From positions 13,950,001 through 14,014,000 of the forward strand of contig NW_026889764.1 of assembly GCF_033153115.1 (NCBI RefSeq): a DNA stretch of 64,000 bases, written 5' to 3'. This DNA is from Saccostrea echinata (Eukaryota). Both the position numbers and the translations under genes were made by a program. Shown here piece by piece: positions 40,213 through 54,900 of this stretch. The notes under the pieces are model-generated. The model worked only from the letters and a program-made list of their open reading frames with translations. It did no database searches and had not been told where the DNA came from. Positions within the stretch are counted from its first letter, which is position 1. Every line of letters begins with the position of its first letter.

Positions 40213-42316
40213 ATATCCATGTTACAAGTATAGACTACAACACAAGTAAATGCGTTCCAATCTGTTACTAATTCATACTGGATGCGAAATCAATATCATT
40301 GATACATGTACCTCACTGCATGATAGAAAGTCATAATTGTGGTTACATTAGTACGTCCAATGGAGAGGAAAAAGTAGTTAATAAGGATATAAACCATACA
40401 GAGCGTAAGTAAATAATTTTTGATTTTTTATTAAATTATTTAAATCCCATCCGAGATTTAATAATGTAGATGTACTTATTTAATCACTACATTATATTAC
40501 ATATAATGAAACGTTTATAAGATTATTTGTATCCGTACATATGGTTATCTAATTCTTTGGATTAACAATGCAACAATTGTTAACTCTATGTTGCACAGGT
40601 TGTGTGTCGTTTTTCAATGAACTACATTGTACAGAACAGAGATAAGAACCTCCCTCATCCACTAACACGTACCGGATTTTTGTAAATATGAAGGTAAACC
40701 TATGCCTTACTAATTGATACCTATTACAAGAACTGCATGTAACTCTGCCGTACACTAAAATAGCCAAAGGACGGTCGGGGATTTCCAGTTGCATACTGTT
40801 GATCGGCAAATAATCGCGATGGTTTTAATTTCACTATGTTCGCCATTCATAATAAGAGGACTAAGTAGACGTATCTAACTTGCCTAGTGGCGATGGATCG
40901 CCATCGAAAGTAGTTGTAGGCTGGCACTATGCGCTTTACTCTGTGATTAGCGCTTAAAAAAGAAAAGCATTTTCCTTCCTATTTTTATTTGATTTATTGA
41001 GCAGTGATATTTTTACAGGAACTGATAGAGAAGTTTTCATAATGTGAAGTTATGATCTTCCATCACTGCATAATTCTGGTGTATTTTACTTAGTATAATT
41101 TAAACAAAATAGCGGGTTATATAACTGCATTCAAGGATTACTTCCTATTTCACTGAAAGGTAACAAAATGCTTCTACATAATTTCAAAATCACAATGTCT
41201 TGTTTTCGCACGATTGACTTACCTACCACAATTTGATATATTTTATCCATTGCCCTTTGACCCAATCCGGCCTTTGAGATTTTACCTTGAAACATGATCT
41301 GTGCAAATACTTCGATGATGATAAGAAATCTTCATTAGAAATACTCAGATTCCAATCTTTTCATTCATTGTTCAAGTGTATTTCTTTGGTGGCATTTTAT
41401 TAAATTATACAATTCTGTATAACAGACTCCACACTAATTTTTCCTTTCATACTTAATGTCTCTGACATGCATGCTCATGGTTTGCATTGTTTAGTATATA
41501 TATTTGGCTAAATTCAATAGGGAAAAGACGTTTCTGTAGCCATGCATTTACGACATGAAGTTTTGCCGTAGCACATAAATGTCTGCTTACATGGAAACTT
41601 CAAGAACAGAAATTTGATCATCTAGACAAACTATCGTATATTGATTAATAAAACAAACGAACAAAAAAATGAACAATACACAAATCCTTTAATGAAAAGT
41701 ATGTCCAATAACTGGGGAGTGGTCTAATTACCTACACATTAAACAGGTTCTGCCTTTTTCTGTAGATTTGGTACATCCGCGAGAAAACATTAAATCTAGT
41801 GGTTTTGAACATTTTTTTTCCAAAAAGATTCTTATTAAACAAATTTAATATAAAAAGAATTCGTACATGTAGATGGAATAAGTATATATAAATTTTGAAA
41901 TTTGACACTATCTATTCTCTTACTTGAAAGTAGGCTCAATGCAAATAGACAGACGTATTTGACCTCGTTTTTTTTTTTTCTTTTTGTTCACAATGATGTC
42001 AAGTAAAAGTACAATTTACCTTATATCATGTGTATAAAAATTCCAGAATTTATACACATTTCCATTTGAAATACAGTTTTAATGCATTTATGACATACAT
42101 GTGAAATGTGGCCCTCAGATTTGCTGGTTAATTTATTCAGCATAGATGAGATTTAAAAAAGTATGTTTTCAGACAGAATGTTAATGAAAACTGAATCATT
42201 ATTAAGAATTTCTTGCTTTTTATAACTTATTTTTTAATATTAAATTTGTCAGATTTTGTCAGATGCTTAGATATATTCACTTTTGGTTTAAATTAACCTG
42301 TCCTTTTCTTTTGTTT

Positions 42317-42467
42317 NNNNNNNNNNNNNNNNNNNNNNNNNNNNNNNNNNNNNNNNNNNNNNNNNNNNNNNNNNNNNNNNNNNNNNNNNNNNNNNNNNNN
42401 NNNNNNNNNNNNNNNNNNNNNNNNNNNNNNNNNNNNNNNNNNNNNNNNNNNNNNNNNNNNNNNNNNN
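42317..42467. other. Assembly gap
   Basis: Run of N. Confidence 1.
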
Positions 42468-44215
42468 CTATAATATATGTATAATATATGGTATCTTTAA
42501 AAACTCCTATAGGTCCGTCAACCAAGTTATAATCCGACTCTGTTATACAGTACTACGTCCTGAGTATTCACGAAATTCTGTAATGTCAGCTAAGGGAGAT
42601 CGAACCTTGTTGAAAAACTTTGAATTTGCATGGATTTTAGTAGCACTCCTTGGGTATTTATATATACATGTAGGTATATTATATTTTAGGATATTTTCGT
42701 CTTATGGCTTTATTTGCTGCTTATAAAAATTCAGGTGCCTGTATATTCCTAGATATTTTTTTTTAATAAAATGAGCATAAAAGTGATTTAAATTTACCGA
42801 AATAAACTAATGTCTTACCTTCTGAATATTCCCAGTACAGGTTTTCAAGGTACTATTGATTTCCCATTAGTAATAAAATATGTGAGCGTAAGATCAAGTT
42901 CAACATGTTTAAGCATGCCATACAAATAGCACGTTTTCAGTATGCCATTACTGCGACATATAGACAAGTGAATTATCTTCAATAAAAGGTCTTATTATAA
43001 GGCAATTATAACTCATATACGTTACTTCCAAGAATATTGATTATGCATTCGTCGACATCGTACAGTAAAATACATAATAAAGAATAAAATTAACATAAGA
43101 ATATGCATGCAATTTTAAGGCCCTGCACCTGGTATGACTATCCCAACATAATGACGTTTTTAAAGGTTTGTTTTATACAGTCATTAGCAGTGCTCGAGAG
43201 TTTCTTCTTGCTTTGAAGTTTATTTTATAAACACGGAGAGAAATGTGAGCAAAATGTTAAAAGATAATTTCCGTTCAATGAAGTATCCATAGTTATGCAA
43301 AATTGCGTAAAAGTATGAGATTGAAGGGAGGTCCGAATCCTGTTGCGCACAAACGCAGTAGGAAAGACCACATTTGTCGCACAGACTCGTTCATGTATGT
43401 ACCATGTACCATATGGTGATAATTACAAACAAATTTTATATCTAAGCTAGTCTGATGTCCAGAACGATACGAAGTAAAATGTTTTCAGATTTTTTTTTTC
43501 ATTTGTAAAGGAAGTACTTTGATTAACAGCCTACGTAATTAGAGATGGATGCAAATATCATCAGTTATGATTATACATGTAACTGATAATCAGGAATGAC
43601 AGGATTTCTATTAAAACATGTTACGTTCTAAAAAAAATGAAAAAATGAAAAAGAGAAGTTATGGCCATGTATAAACACTTCCGAGACTTTTGTATGTCTC
43701 TGTTTTGTTTTTTGAGTTCATTTCCACGTAATGTTAACAAATCATTTTGTCAAATGCAGCATAGTGTATTTGAATTTCGTCACTTATTAGTACATTTTTC
43801 ATATAAAAAATATGTGAGCTTTGACGAAATAATATTTAGAGAAATTTCTACATGTAACTACTTATAATTTTTATCATTCTGTCTCTGAGAATTAAAAAAA
43901 AAAGGAAAAAGGGAAACGAATTCTGCCAAAGTCTGACTGAAGAATTGGAAAAAGAATATTTCCAGGTCATAAAGAAAAAAGGTTTTTATTGACTCATAGT
44001 TCATCTATAATGCATCTTTTCTTAAGGTTACCTCTTTTTGTTAGGTTTTGAATACTCTTACAACTTAAAACCGTCCACATAAAAAATACTTAACTGTATC
44101 AAATTCATGCATCATTAGTATTTTACGTGTATCAGGCAAATACAGGTATCTGTCTAGTTAGCACGCTAATCCATTGAACGCATGCGTTCCTTCGTCGCTC
44201 AATTTCTCTTTAGCG

Positions 44216-44689
44216 ATGAACATCAAAGCGTCCTTTCTAATTTTCGCTTTTGTTGATTTTTTGCCCAGTGCACTAGCGTATGTTATTGCTTAATTTATCT
44301 TACAAATCAAACATTTAATAGCCATTAAGATATTTTTTAAAGTTTTTTTTTTCTTTTTGTTTTTGTTTTTGTTTTTTTTTTTTTTGTCTTTTCCAGTTAT
44401 TGCAATATTTGGAACGGGCGAAGAACGTATAAGTGCTATTATTATACGTATTCAAAATCTAAACATACCAAGTCATGTGGCTGGTTTAATTGGGGTAGAT
44501 GTGCATATTATCGGTAAGATCAGTACTATACTATTCTATTTGTAAATGATACAGGGAATTTTCCATAATAAAGTATAGTTATGATATCTATATGGTGTGA
44601 TTCAAAAGTGATTATATTATTTTTTTAACTTCATGTACTCAGGAAATCTTCCAAAGGATCATATAAATGGTGCTACGGGACATGTAAAG
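44216..44689 (+). CDS. Gene C leader and EMI-like exons
   Basis: [21 protein letters not shown]|[39 protein letters not shown]|[15 protein letters not shown]. Strong polypyrimidine acceptor at 44395-44396. Not in the ORF track in this frame. Confidence 0.8.
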
Positions 44690-47600
44690 GTACTATGTTT
44701 TCTATCTCACATATTTCGCTTTGAAACTGGATGCAAGAGATTAAAAACAAATCAAATACTTTAAAAAATAAATTCATTTATGCAAAGATTATCATGCACA
44801 GGAAAAACCTAACACATTACGTGCATTAATATCAATTAAAAAAATAGAATTAATTTGAGTCACCCCTAGCTCTTTATAACTACACAATGCTACATGCACA
44901 ATGTCATGTAATTTTTTTAACATTGTAAATAATTTTATGCATAAAATCTCTCTCTTTCAGAGACAGATAACTGAGGTTATTCTTTTATAGCTTTAACAAT
45001 ATTTGGTTTTTAAAAAATCGTATTATTTTTTTGTTTTTGAAGATCATATATGTGGGAGTTTTATTTCACTACTTTACAAATTCAACAATGTTATCTTTTA
45101 AACAGTGGACGGTAATTGGAGTGGCTGGGGTAGCTGGTCCCACTACTCAGGATGCAAAAGATCGTGTGGCTATGGGACAAGGACTTTAATTAGCAGGAGG
45201 TATTGTAAAAGCCCTCCTCCGCAAAATGGAGGTAGATATTGTAGTGGATCTTCTTACAATTGGAAAACCATTTCCTGCATCAGAAAGTATTGCAAAGGTA
45301 AAACCTAAGCGCAGAAATAGAAGACAGTAATTTGCTCAGATGAGCCAAATTTTCAGATACTTTTTATTTTTTTTTCTAATACTTTGTTTTGAATTTTAAT
45401 TGTGTATTTATTATATTTATCCTTAACCAGTCGCTATACCTAATATGTTTGCTCTTGCTTCGTTATCGGGATTTCTGGATTCGATTCTCTTTTGGCGGTG
45501 CCGCGTCAAACATAAGAATTTTAACACAAGTAGTCTTTCAACAAACGCCTGGCTTTATGTAAAATTCACGGGTCTTTCGGAAGAGACATTAAAAACCGAG
45601 ATAACCTGTCATTGTAAACAAACCCTCACTGCTTTGGCACTAAGCACAATACATTTATCAGAGTTTCTGGCACTTTATCTAAAGCAACTGACGTTTTTAC
45701 ATGAGTGGAAAATTTTCGAATGGGATTTGACGGTTTACAGTAAATATTTATCATTACAATATAATATTTATCATTACTACCATTATATTATTATTACCAT
45801 GTCCTCATAATTATGAACAGTATTACATTTACGACATTTTATTTTCATTTTTTTTTTTCAATTTTGACGATTAAAATGTCGAAACAAAATTTTCAACCCG
45901 ATACATTTATTTTTGTTTGAAATAGAAAGCACCTTCTGAGTTCAACGTTTGTTCAAGAATTTTTTCTTTTATATAATTAAGCAATCAGCAGAATGCTGGT
46001 AATCCAGCACAGGATATTATTTGATCCCATTTTAAACCTCTCAAAATGCCACAAGGTGATTAAATATTGTTCTGTTATCCTGAATGTTAACAACGTTCCA
46101 CACTGTATATTTTCATAAACTAGAACTCTATTTTAAATTATCGTAAACAAACATTTCTTTGTAAAAGAAAATCTAATTTTCTAAATGCAACCCCAGATAT
46201 TTAGCTATTCCTAACAGAAAAAAGTGAATGCAATATAACAAGGTATCAATATTGATATGATAATAAGTATAGTTCGACAGAGAAAGTAATCTTTACTTCA
46301 ATGAACCGTAATTTCGCGCTTTAGAATAAACCAACGTTTTTTATATAATTTCTTTATAACAACAGACCTTCAATGTTACAGTAAAGATATGAAGTACTAT
46401 ATTTTATATGCTATACGTCGCCTGCGTGGCGCAGTGGTTAGAGCGTCTGCTCTAGAGTCGCGAAGTAAGGAGTTAATCCTTACGTCGCAGGTTCGAATCC
46501 CACTGTGGGACGCGGAGACCGGTCCTTTGTATGAGACCGTATAAACCGAGGCCCCGTGTCGCAGTAGGTGCTGGCACGATAAAGATCCCTCACTCCTAAA
46601 TGGCCATTAGTGCCGAGCATAGGACAAAATTTGCAGCTCTCCACCGGCAAGCCTTCGGCTCAAGTGAGCTAACAAAAATAGCTCTATATCCAAGTATGCT
46701 TTCTTTGCGTCATATCATGCATGTGCAAGTTAGCATCTCTTAAATCTGAGCAAATCAGGTATGAGAATGTTTTCCTTTTACCAATAGTAAACGGTAATTG
46801 GGGTGGTTGGAACAGTTGGTCCCGATACTCAGGATGTAATAGATCATGTGGATATGGTACAATGACTTACAGTCGCAAGAGATATTGTAATAACCCCTAC
46901 CCGCGATATGGAGGAAAGAGTTGTGGAGGATCTTCCCGGACCTATAAGTCAGTTCAATGTTTCAAGAAGTATTGTCCAGGTACTTATTTCACAATGGATT
47001 AAACAATTAATGCTGAGATAAAATGTGTTTCAAACATTTAGTCTTATTTGTCAAAATGATGTGCAAAAATTGCAATTGAAAACACGGGTTACATTTCCGG
47101 GTTAAGCATATACATTACTTTATTGCAACATTCAAACATTTTTATTGCCTGGCAAAACTAACACAAGTTCAATACATATAAATGTATTTGCCTTTCGATG
47201 AATTGCATTTTTTCATCTATAAACATTTCGCTGATGTCTTACTTAAGTATTCATTACGTATTGAAAGTTTTACTAGTATGTTCAACAGTCCACGGTGGTT
47301 ATACTAGCTGGGGATCTTGGAAGTCCTGCAGTAGATACTGCGGAGGTGGAACTAAATATCGATACCGATCGTGTACAAATCCAAGACCTAGGTATGGTGG
47401 TAGGAAATGTAGAGGGTCCACATATCAGTATACATCATGCAATACCCATAAATGCCCGGGTTAGTATTATTTTATTAACTTTAGAATCACTTTTTTATAT
47501 TTTATATTAAATATTCTCCTAAGCTAAAGTTTTTCTTCTGTCGTTATCGGTCGCAAATTTTAATGATTTTCCTATAATTTTATCACGATATCTGACATCT

Positions 47601-50600
47601 AAGATTTCACTGATATTTTGCAGATAGAGCAAACATTGGCATATACGGTTACTTAATCATCATAAAATCATTTCTTGAAGACTGGTATATACAAACTATT
47701 ACACAACTAAAATATAAATATTTCAATTTTTACGACATTTTTCATGTTCTCAATAGTTAACGGCAAGTGGGGTAGCTGGTACAGTTGGTCCTAATATACC
47801 GGGTGTAGTAGATCATGTGGGTATGGAACAAAGACTTTGATTCGCAAGAGATATTGTAATAAGCCTTACCCGAGATATGGAGGAAAGAGTTGTGGAGGAT
47901 CATCTCGGACTTACAAGTCAGTTCGATGTTTCAAAAAATATTGCCAAGGTATTTGTTTCACTTTGGTTTGAAGAGTAACACGTGATATAAAAACGTATTT
48001 CAAAAGTATAGGCATATTTACCATTGTAATGCTGTATATTATCAGACATTAGAATTTTGATTGAAGCACCGGTTTCATTTGTAAGTTGAACGTAAATGTA
48101 GCCATTACCTCATTTCAAACATGCTAACATGTTGAATGCCTGGCAAAGGTTTCACAGGTTCAAATTTCAGGAATATACATAAAACTTTCCACCATTAATA
48201 TATCTTTTCTCTTAGTATTTAACTTAAATGCTTCGTAAGTATTGCTTGAATATTGTATATGTTTACTTGTCAAATAGTCCACGGTGGTTATACTAGCTGG
48301 GGATCTTGGAAGTCCTGCAGTAGATACTGTGGAGGTGGAACTAAATATCGATCGTGTACAAATCCAAGACCAAAGTATGGTGGTAGGAAATGTAGAGGGT
48401 CCACATATCAGTACACTTCATGCAACACTCATAAATATACGGGTTAGTGTTATTTTTTTAATTTTAGAAGTACTTTGTGGATGATTTACAAAAATGGCTG
48501 AAATATTGCCGACTAGGCATTAAACAATAAACAATGGATTTTTGATACTATTATTCTTTTAACGTAGAACCTACGTCGTATGACGTCATATCAAGTAAAT
48601 CAGTTTAGACCGTCTTTTTGATGCTAGATCCATTATGACGTCATAATTAATCTAATGTTACTTTTCTCCTTATTTTCTCCAAGACTGTCTCATGAAATGA
48701 AGTTACACAAGTTACAAAACTATGATAATGTGAATGGCATGCAACTATTTTGAAGGAAATCAAAAATCCTAAGAAATCTAAAGAGTACAATATCTTGATA
48801 AAAATGTCTCTGAGATAAAGATCTGTTAAAAATTGTGTGTAATTTTTTTAATGTCTATCATGAAATGACGTGCATTCTCTTTCATAATTATTTGTTATTT
48901 ATTCATAATGGTTGGTGTATAATAATAATGTTTCCCTAAAATATCTTTTTAAATAAAAAAAAAATACATTTTTTGATAAATATTTACATTGTAAATTTGA
49001 ACGTAACCCCTAACCAGTCATTTAATAATTAAATCCTGTGTTAGTGCTGAAAGGTCAACAAAAGAAGTAAATAGAGTGTCTCTCATTCGTTTGTGGGGAA
49101 AGGTATATATTTGAATCACTTTTTGTAATTATTTGGGTATGTTCTTCATCATATTAAAGATTGAAAACATTCTGACAAAGCCTTTTGAAAAATATTTACA
49201 AATTTAGTTGGTAAATTGACTCAAAAAATAGTGAGCACATTTGCCTATATTCGTTGAAATGTGGACTTAATCTTTCATGTCAATTGATTTAAAAAGAATT
49301 TATTCTTGAATAATATTGCTTAATACGGTTCAGTTGATAAAGTCTATAAACGACGATGTTTGAAGAAGTATTGTTGTGATTTTCTATATTCTCATTATGA
49401 CCAGTACCCCTAAAAATGGCTGAAAATATCTAGTCGCAGCGTAAAATTATCATTCCAGGTTGCACAGGCAGTACTACATTTAATAACAAGGAAACATGCC
49501 ATATATTTTTATCTGATTGACAAGCGAGTGCTAATTTATCATTTTGAAAAGTTTGAAAATCTTGTGACAAAGACTTTTCCGACATAGGTTCTACCTTAAG
49601 GTTTAGTTTTCTTCCTTCCGTCTTCATCAGTTGCAAATTTTAATGGTTTTCCAATAATTTNNNNNNNNNNNNNNNNNNNNNNNNNNNNNNNNNNNNNNNN
49701 NNNNNNNNNNNNNNNNNNNNNNNNNNNNNNNNNNNNNNNNNNNNNNNNNNNNNNNNNNNNNNNNNNNNNNNNNNNNNNNNNNNNNNNNNNNNNNNNNNNN
49801 NNNNNNNNNNNNNNNNNNNNNNNNNNNNNNNNNTTACTTTAAGACACGTAATATACAAACTAATACACACCATAAATACAGATATTTCATTTAAGTTTTT
49901 CTTCTGTCGTTATCGGTCGCAAATTTTAATGATTTTCCTATAATTTTATCAAGAGTCAGTTCGATGTTTCAAAAAATATTGCCCAGGTATTTGTTTTACT
50001 TTGGTTTGAAGAGTTTCATTTGTGATAAAAGTTTGTTCCAAACATAACGACCTTTTCGTCATAGTAATTTTGCATATTGTCAGATGGCAGAATTGCAAAT
50101 AAGGCACTGATAACATTTGTACATTGATAAGAAATATCGCTTTATTTAAAATTCAAACATATTGAATTTCCGACAGGGGTAATTCAGGTTTATAATGCAT
50201 GAACATATTTAGCATTGACGAATCTCGCCTCCTCTGTATATCAACCATCAAAGTGCTCAATTATGCATAAATCCTGAAAGGTAAATTTATGTTCAACAGT
50301 TCATGGTGGTTTTTCAAATTGGGGATCTTGGAATTCTTGCAAAAAAACCTGTGGCGGTGGAACTAAATTCCGATACCGATATTGTACAAATCCGAGACCA
50401 AAATATGGTGGAAAGGAATGCAAAGGCTCGTCATATCAGTACACATCATGCAATAACCAGAAATGCCCAGGTAATGTTTTAGTTGAATTTATCATAAAAG
50501 TATCTCGTTATCTTAACAGAATCATTTTACTTTGTCAATTTTTCAATACTTTAGTTATGAAGCATCCATATTATCATGGGTAAAGAATTAAATGTACGTT

Positions 50601-51183
50601 TCTTTGTTGTATAAATAAACTATTTATAGACCATTTATGTGAGAAACCACATGATATTTTTTTATTTAAAAATCTCACGAATGCTAAACACAGTTCACGG
50701 CGGTTATACAAGCTGGGGAGCATGGTATTCCTGCAATAAGCCTTGTGGAGGTGGAACTAAAGTCAGATATCGATCTTGTACGAATCCTAAACCTCGGTAT
50801 GGTGGAAGGAAATGTAAAGGGTTGTCATATCAGAACAAGTCCTGCAATAACAAGAAATGTCCTGGTAACTGTTTAAATTACAGACCTCGTCTGATTTGTT
50901 AATTCACAAAAAATGTGCATATATATCTGTGATGAATATTGAAATATATTTATTTGTTTATCATTTTTGTTTTGTTTTGGAATAAGAGTAGAAAAAACAT
51001 ATAGTTTGTTTTAAGAACAAGAAAACGTAAAGGTAACACAAATTGAAAAAAAAATATCATATGAACGATTTTTATAAAAAGAATCGATACATTAGTAACA
51101 AGTTTTGTTGTATATTTTTTGAATAATTAAAAATGAATATATTTTTTATTTCTTTGGTCATTACTTGCAAGTAAGCAAAACAC

Positions 51184-51231
<48 letters not shown>

Positions 51232-51896
51232 TTTCTTTACTATCTCCAGACGTAACAGAATTATGAATAACGAATGAATAATGATCACCTTTTCTAAATA
51301 CAAGTCTATTTTTCATTACAGAACGACTACGTTATTCATGTATTATATTTTGATTTTCTTTTTTATTGGATGAATAGCTTGTATTACATGAACACATTTT
51401 TGAAAGCTTTTGTGATAAGATACATGCACATTCAAGGGAATAAGTATTAAGTTCATTATTGTATTTGTGTTTCATAAGTCAAGGGTGGCTATACTAGCTG
51501 GGGAGCATGGAGCTCCTGCAATAAATCCTGTGGAGATGGAACTAAAACCCGATATCGATATTGTACAAAAACCTAAACCTAGGTATGGTGGCAGAAAATG
51601 TAAAGGGTTGTCATACCAATACACATCATGCAATAACCAGAAATGCCCAGGTGCGTGTTTGTACTTGCATTGGCGATAAGATATGTGCTTTTTTACGAAC
51701 ACAATTACAAATCATTCATATTTTTGTTTTCTGTTATGTATATACTGCATTTTGTTTTCAAATATTGTTGGGTTTGTTAAGTTATCAACTAAAATGAATG
51801 GTTCTGTACCTAGTGTGTTTTGTACCACTTGAACAAAGAAATTTTGTCAGGTATTTAGACAAACGGTCTTTTCACTGGTGTCTGTTGTAAATTGCA

Positions 51897-51948
<52 letters not shown>

Positions 51949-54900
51949 ATATATATATTTATATATATATATTATATATATATCGTATCCGGTTTTTAAT
52001 TAAATCAAATATTCATAAAAATACCAACAGTTCATGGTGCTTACACTTCTTGGGGAAGTTGATCTGTCTGTACTAAATCATGTGGTGCAGGAATTAAACG
52101 GCGGTACCGTTACTGTACAAATCCAAGACCCAGATATGGAGGAAAGAAGTGTGTAGGAGCATCAAATCAATACAAACCCTGCAATACGAACAATTGCCCA
52201 GGTCAGTGATTTAATGATCCGTCAAAACAATACTAAATGTATAATTATAAAAGATCGATTTCATGACAAATCGATAAAAAATTACAAACTATATGATCAA
52301 TCTTTGTAATGCTTTTGTTTGCAAATTATAAATTCACAAATACACGAATTGTGTACTACAATGTAGTTATAATCATTTCATGATATATTTCATAATCTCG
52401 GATGAAACACTTATCCCCCTTTAAACAGTAGTAAACCAAGGCAAAGTTCTACATGTATTGCAAAAATAAAAAAAAGAAATGCACTTTAAGCATTGGAAAC
52501 ATTTGTAAGACTGCTTTTGACAATGCTATACATGTATATTGAATATATTTTAACTTTCAGTTCATGGTAGATGGGGAAGTTGGGGGCAATGGAGGAAAAG
52601 TGGACAATGTAGTAAACAATGTGGAACTGGAAAACAGTCTTATTACAGGAAACGGGCTTGTATTCCACCGAAATATGGAGGCAAACAATGTTCTGGGAAA
52701 AAAGTCGAATATAAAACGAAATTTTGTCTGATCAAATATTGTCCAGGTAGATCGTCAATTTTTAAAAGTCATATAATATTTTGCTAGAAAAAGATTCATC
52801 ATAATATGGATTATGATAAAATTCTAAACTTAAATTGAAACTTTCATGTGTTTGTGATAGGAATATCAACGAGTACCCGGTTAACCGGGTACTCGATTGA
52901 ACGTCCGAGTATCGAATACTAAAAATGGTATTCGGTTACTAATCATCATAAACATGCGTAACGGATTGTTCTCCTTTTGATGAAATTTAGATCCTAAACA
53001 AGAACCTTTTTGGTGAAATAGATCCTAAACAAGAACCTTTGGATGAAATAGATCCTAAACAAGAACTGTAAACCATTTGTAATTTTTGATGTATTTATTG
53101 TGTTTTTTATGTTTGATAAATAAATTTAGAACTAAAAATCATTTCCATTGGAATCAATGTTTATTTAAGAAATAAGGTATCATTTTTAAACATCTATCGG
53201 GATATAAATACGGGTTGGTCACGATATCAAATTCCACAAAGCCCGAAGGGCTTTATGGTAAATATGATCTCGTACCAACCCGTATTTATATCGCAATAGA
53301 TGTTAAAAAAATTATACATTATTACTTATATTTACATTTATGACTTATTTATATTTTATATTTTCCCAATTATAATCTTTAACGCGTAAAATGTTTTATT
53401 TTTCAAACTCAACGGCACGTATTTGATCCACTGATTGCGCGTCGACCCATTATGACGTCACTGAGAAATTACGTCGAACGTTTATGACGCGAGGAACCCG
53501 TGTTTATACGGATATAGATACGCATTGCTTTTAATAGTGTTATATAAAGAAAACATTTGCAAATGTAAATATATACATTTATAAACGTGATAAAACAGCT
53601 ATGGGATTTAACAGAGCTTAACGGCTCTCATGAAAATTAATGCATTTGTATTTATATTTTTTTACCGAATACCCGGGTACTCGATCGGTAAAACGTCCGA
53701 GTAACTGATTATTAAAAATTGACTGATTTGACACCACTAGTTTGTGATCATATCCATATTGGAACCTTTCGATATAAATCAGTAATTTTAATTTTAGAAA
53801 ATACAAGTTTTCCAAATTCAATGCTGTATATCTTAATCTCAGTTTTTCCTCTTTGAAAACGTCGTTCATATTTAGAAATAGAAGCAAAACAAATATTTCT
53901 GGAAGCATTATCCAATAAAAGCAAATACGTTATTAACACATCAATCAATATAGCATCCGGATTTACTGCTCTTCTGAAAGCTATACAACACTTTAAGCTT
54001 TTTTTCAATTTCATTCTTTTGCTTCCAGTAAATGGGAATTGGACTAGTTTTGGAGCATTTACCAAGTGGACTCCCTGTATTGTTACTTGCGGGGGTGGTA
54101 TAACTTCAAGACAACAATACCGTTCATGTACTAACCCTGCTCCTGCCTATGGGGGAAAATCTTGCTCCGGGGATAGTATAAGAATTGAAAAAAAGGATTG
54201 CAATAGGAAACCATGTCCAAGTAAGCATTTCATAATGTTTTCACTCATTTTCATCCTAAAACCAATATTTTGACATACATTTTCTTTTCACTATTGACCA
54301 TTTATGCAAAGGACTAAAGGTACTTATGAAGTAAAAACCTTGTAAGTGTTTGATTGTTGAATTAACAGAAATAAAGCTGTTGAATTAAAAATGATTTATC
54401 CATGTAAATGAATAAATGAATTTAACAGTGTGGATTTGAAATTCTACTACTTATTACATTGAATATGATTGATTTAACTGTACATGTATATTCCTATAAA
54501 AAAAATTTCTGCAAGTTCGAATTGTCAAAGTTTCTACTTCGATCTATTTTTACATGTTAGCAATAATATTGTATGATTTTAGTTGATGGCGTTTTGTTGA
54601 CATGGGGTAGCTGGAATATGGTTGGAAGTTGTAGCAAAACGTGTGGAAATGGTTCACAAATTTATCAAAGGCAGCGTACCTGTATTCCACCAAAATATGG
54701 AGGGAAATCATGTACTAGTAAAACTGCACAAACGAAAACTACAGCATGCTTTCTAGGACATTGTCCAGGTTAATATTATTGAAGAATTTTACCTTAAACA
54801 ATGCAAGATAATTGTAAGGTGCATCTTCTATAAGCAGCATTTGATTAAAACTTTCTGATTTTAATTCCTACCCAGTTGATGGTAATTGGACAGAATTTGG

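Noticed and set aside
41223-41414. Minus-strand exon-like segment with AG/GT ends
   Set aside because: No frame is open throughout and no domain is recognisable; at most a UTR exon.
46425-46512. tRNA gene
   Set aside because: It is a SINE head: aberrant spacing, continues into the SINE body, and there are multiple dispersed copies with TSDs.
42263-49873. ORFs spanning the N runs at 42.3 kb and 49.7 kb
   Set aside because: Artefacts of assembly gaps.
52060-52062. In-frame TGA as selenocysteine or programmed read-through
   Set aside because: It replaces a conserved Trp (TGG>TGA, a single transition), not a Cys. Neighbouring exons have other lesion types, and I recognised no SECIS.
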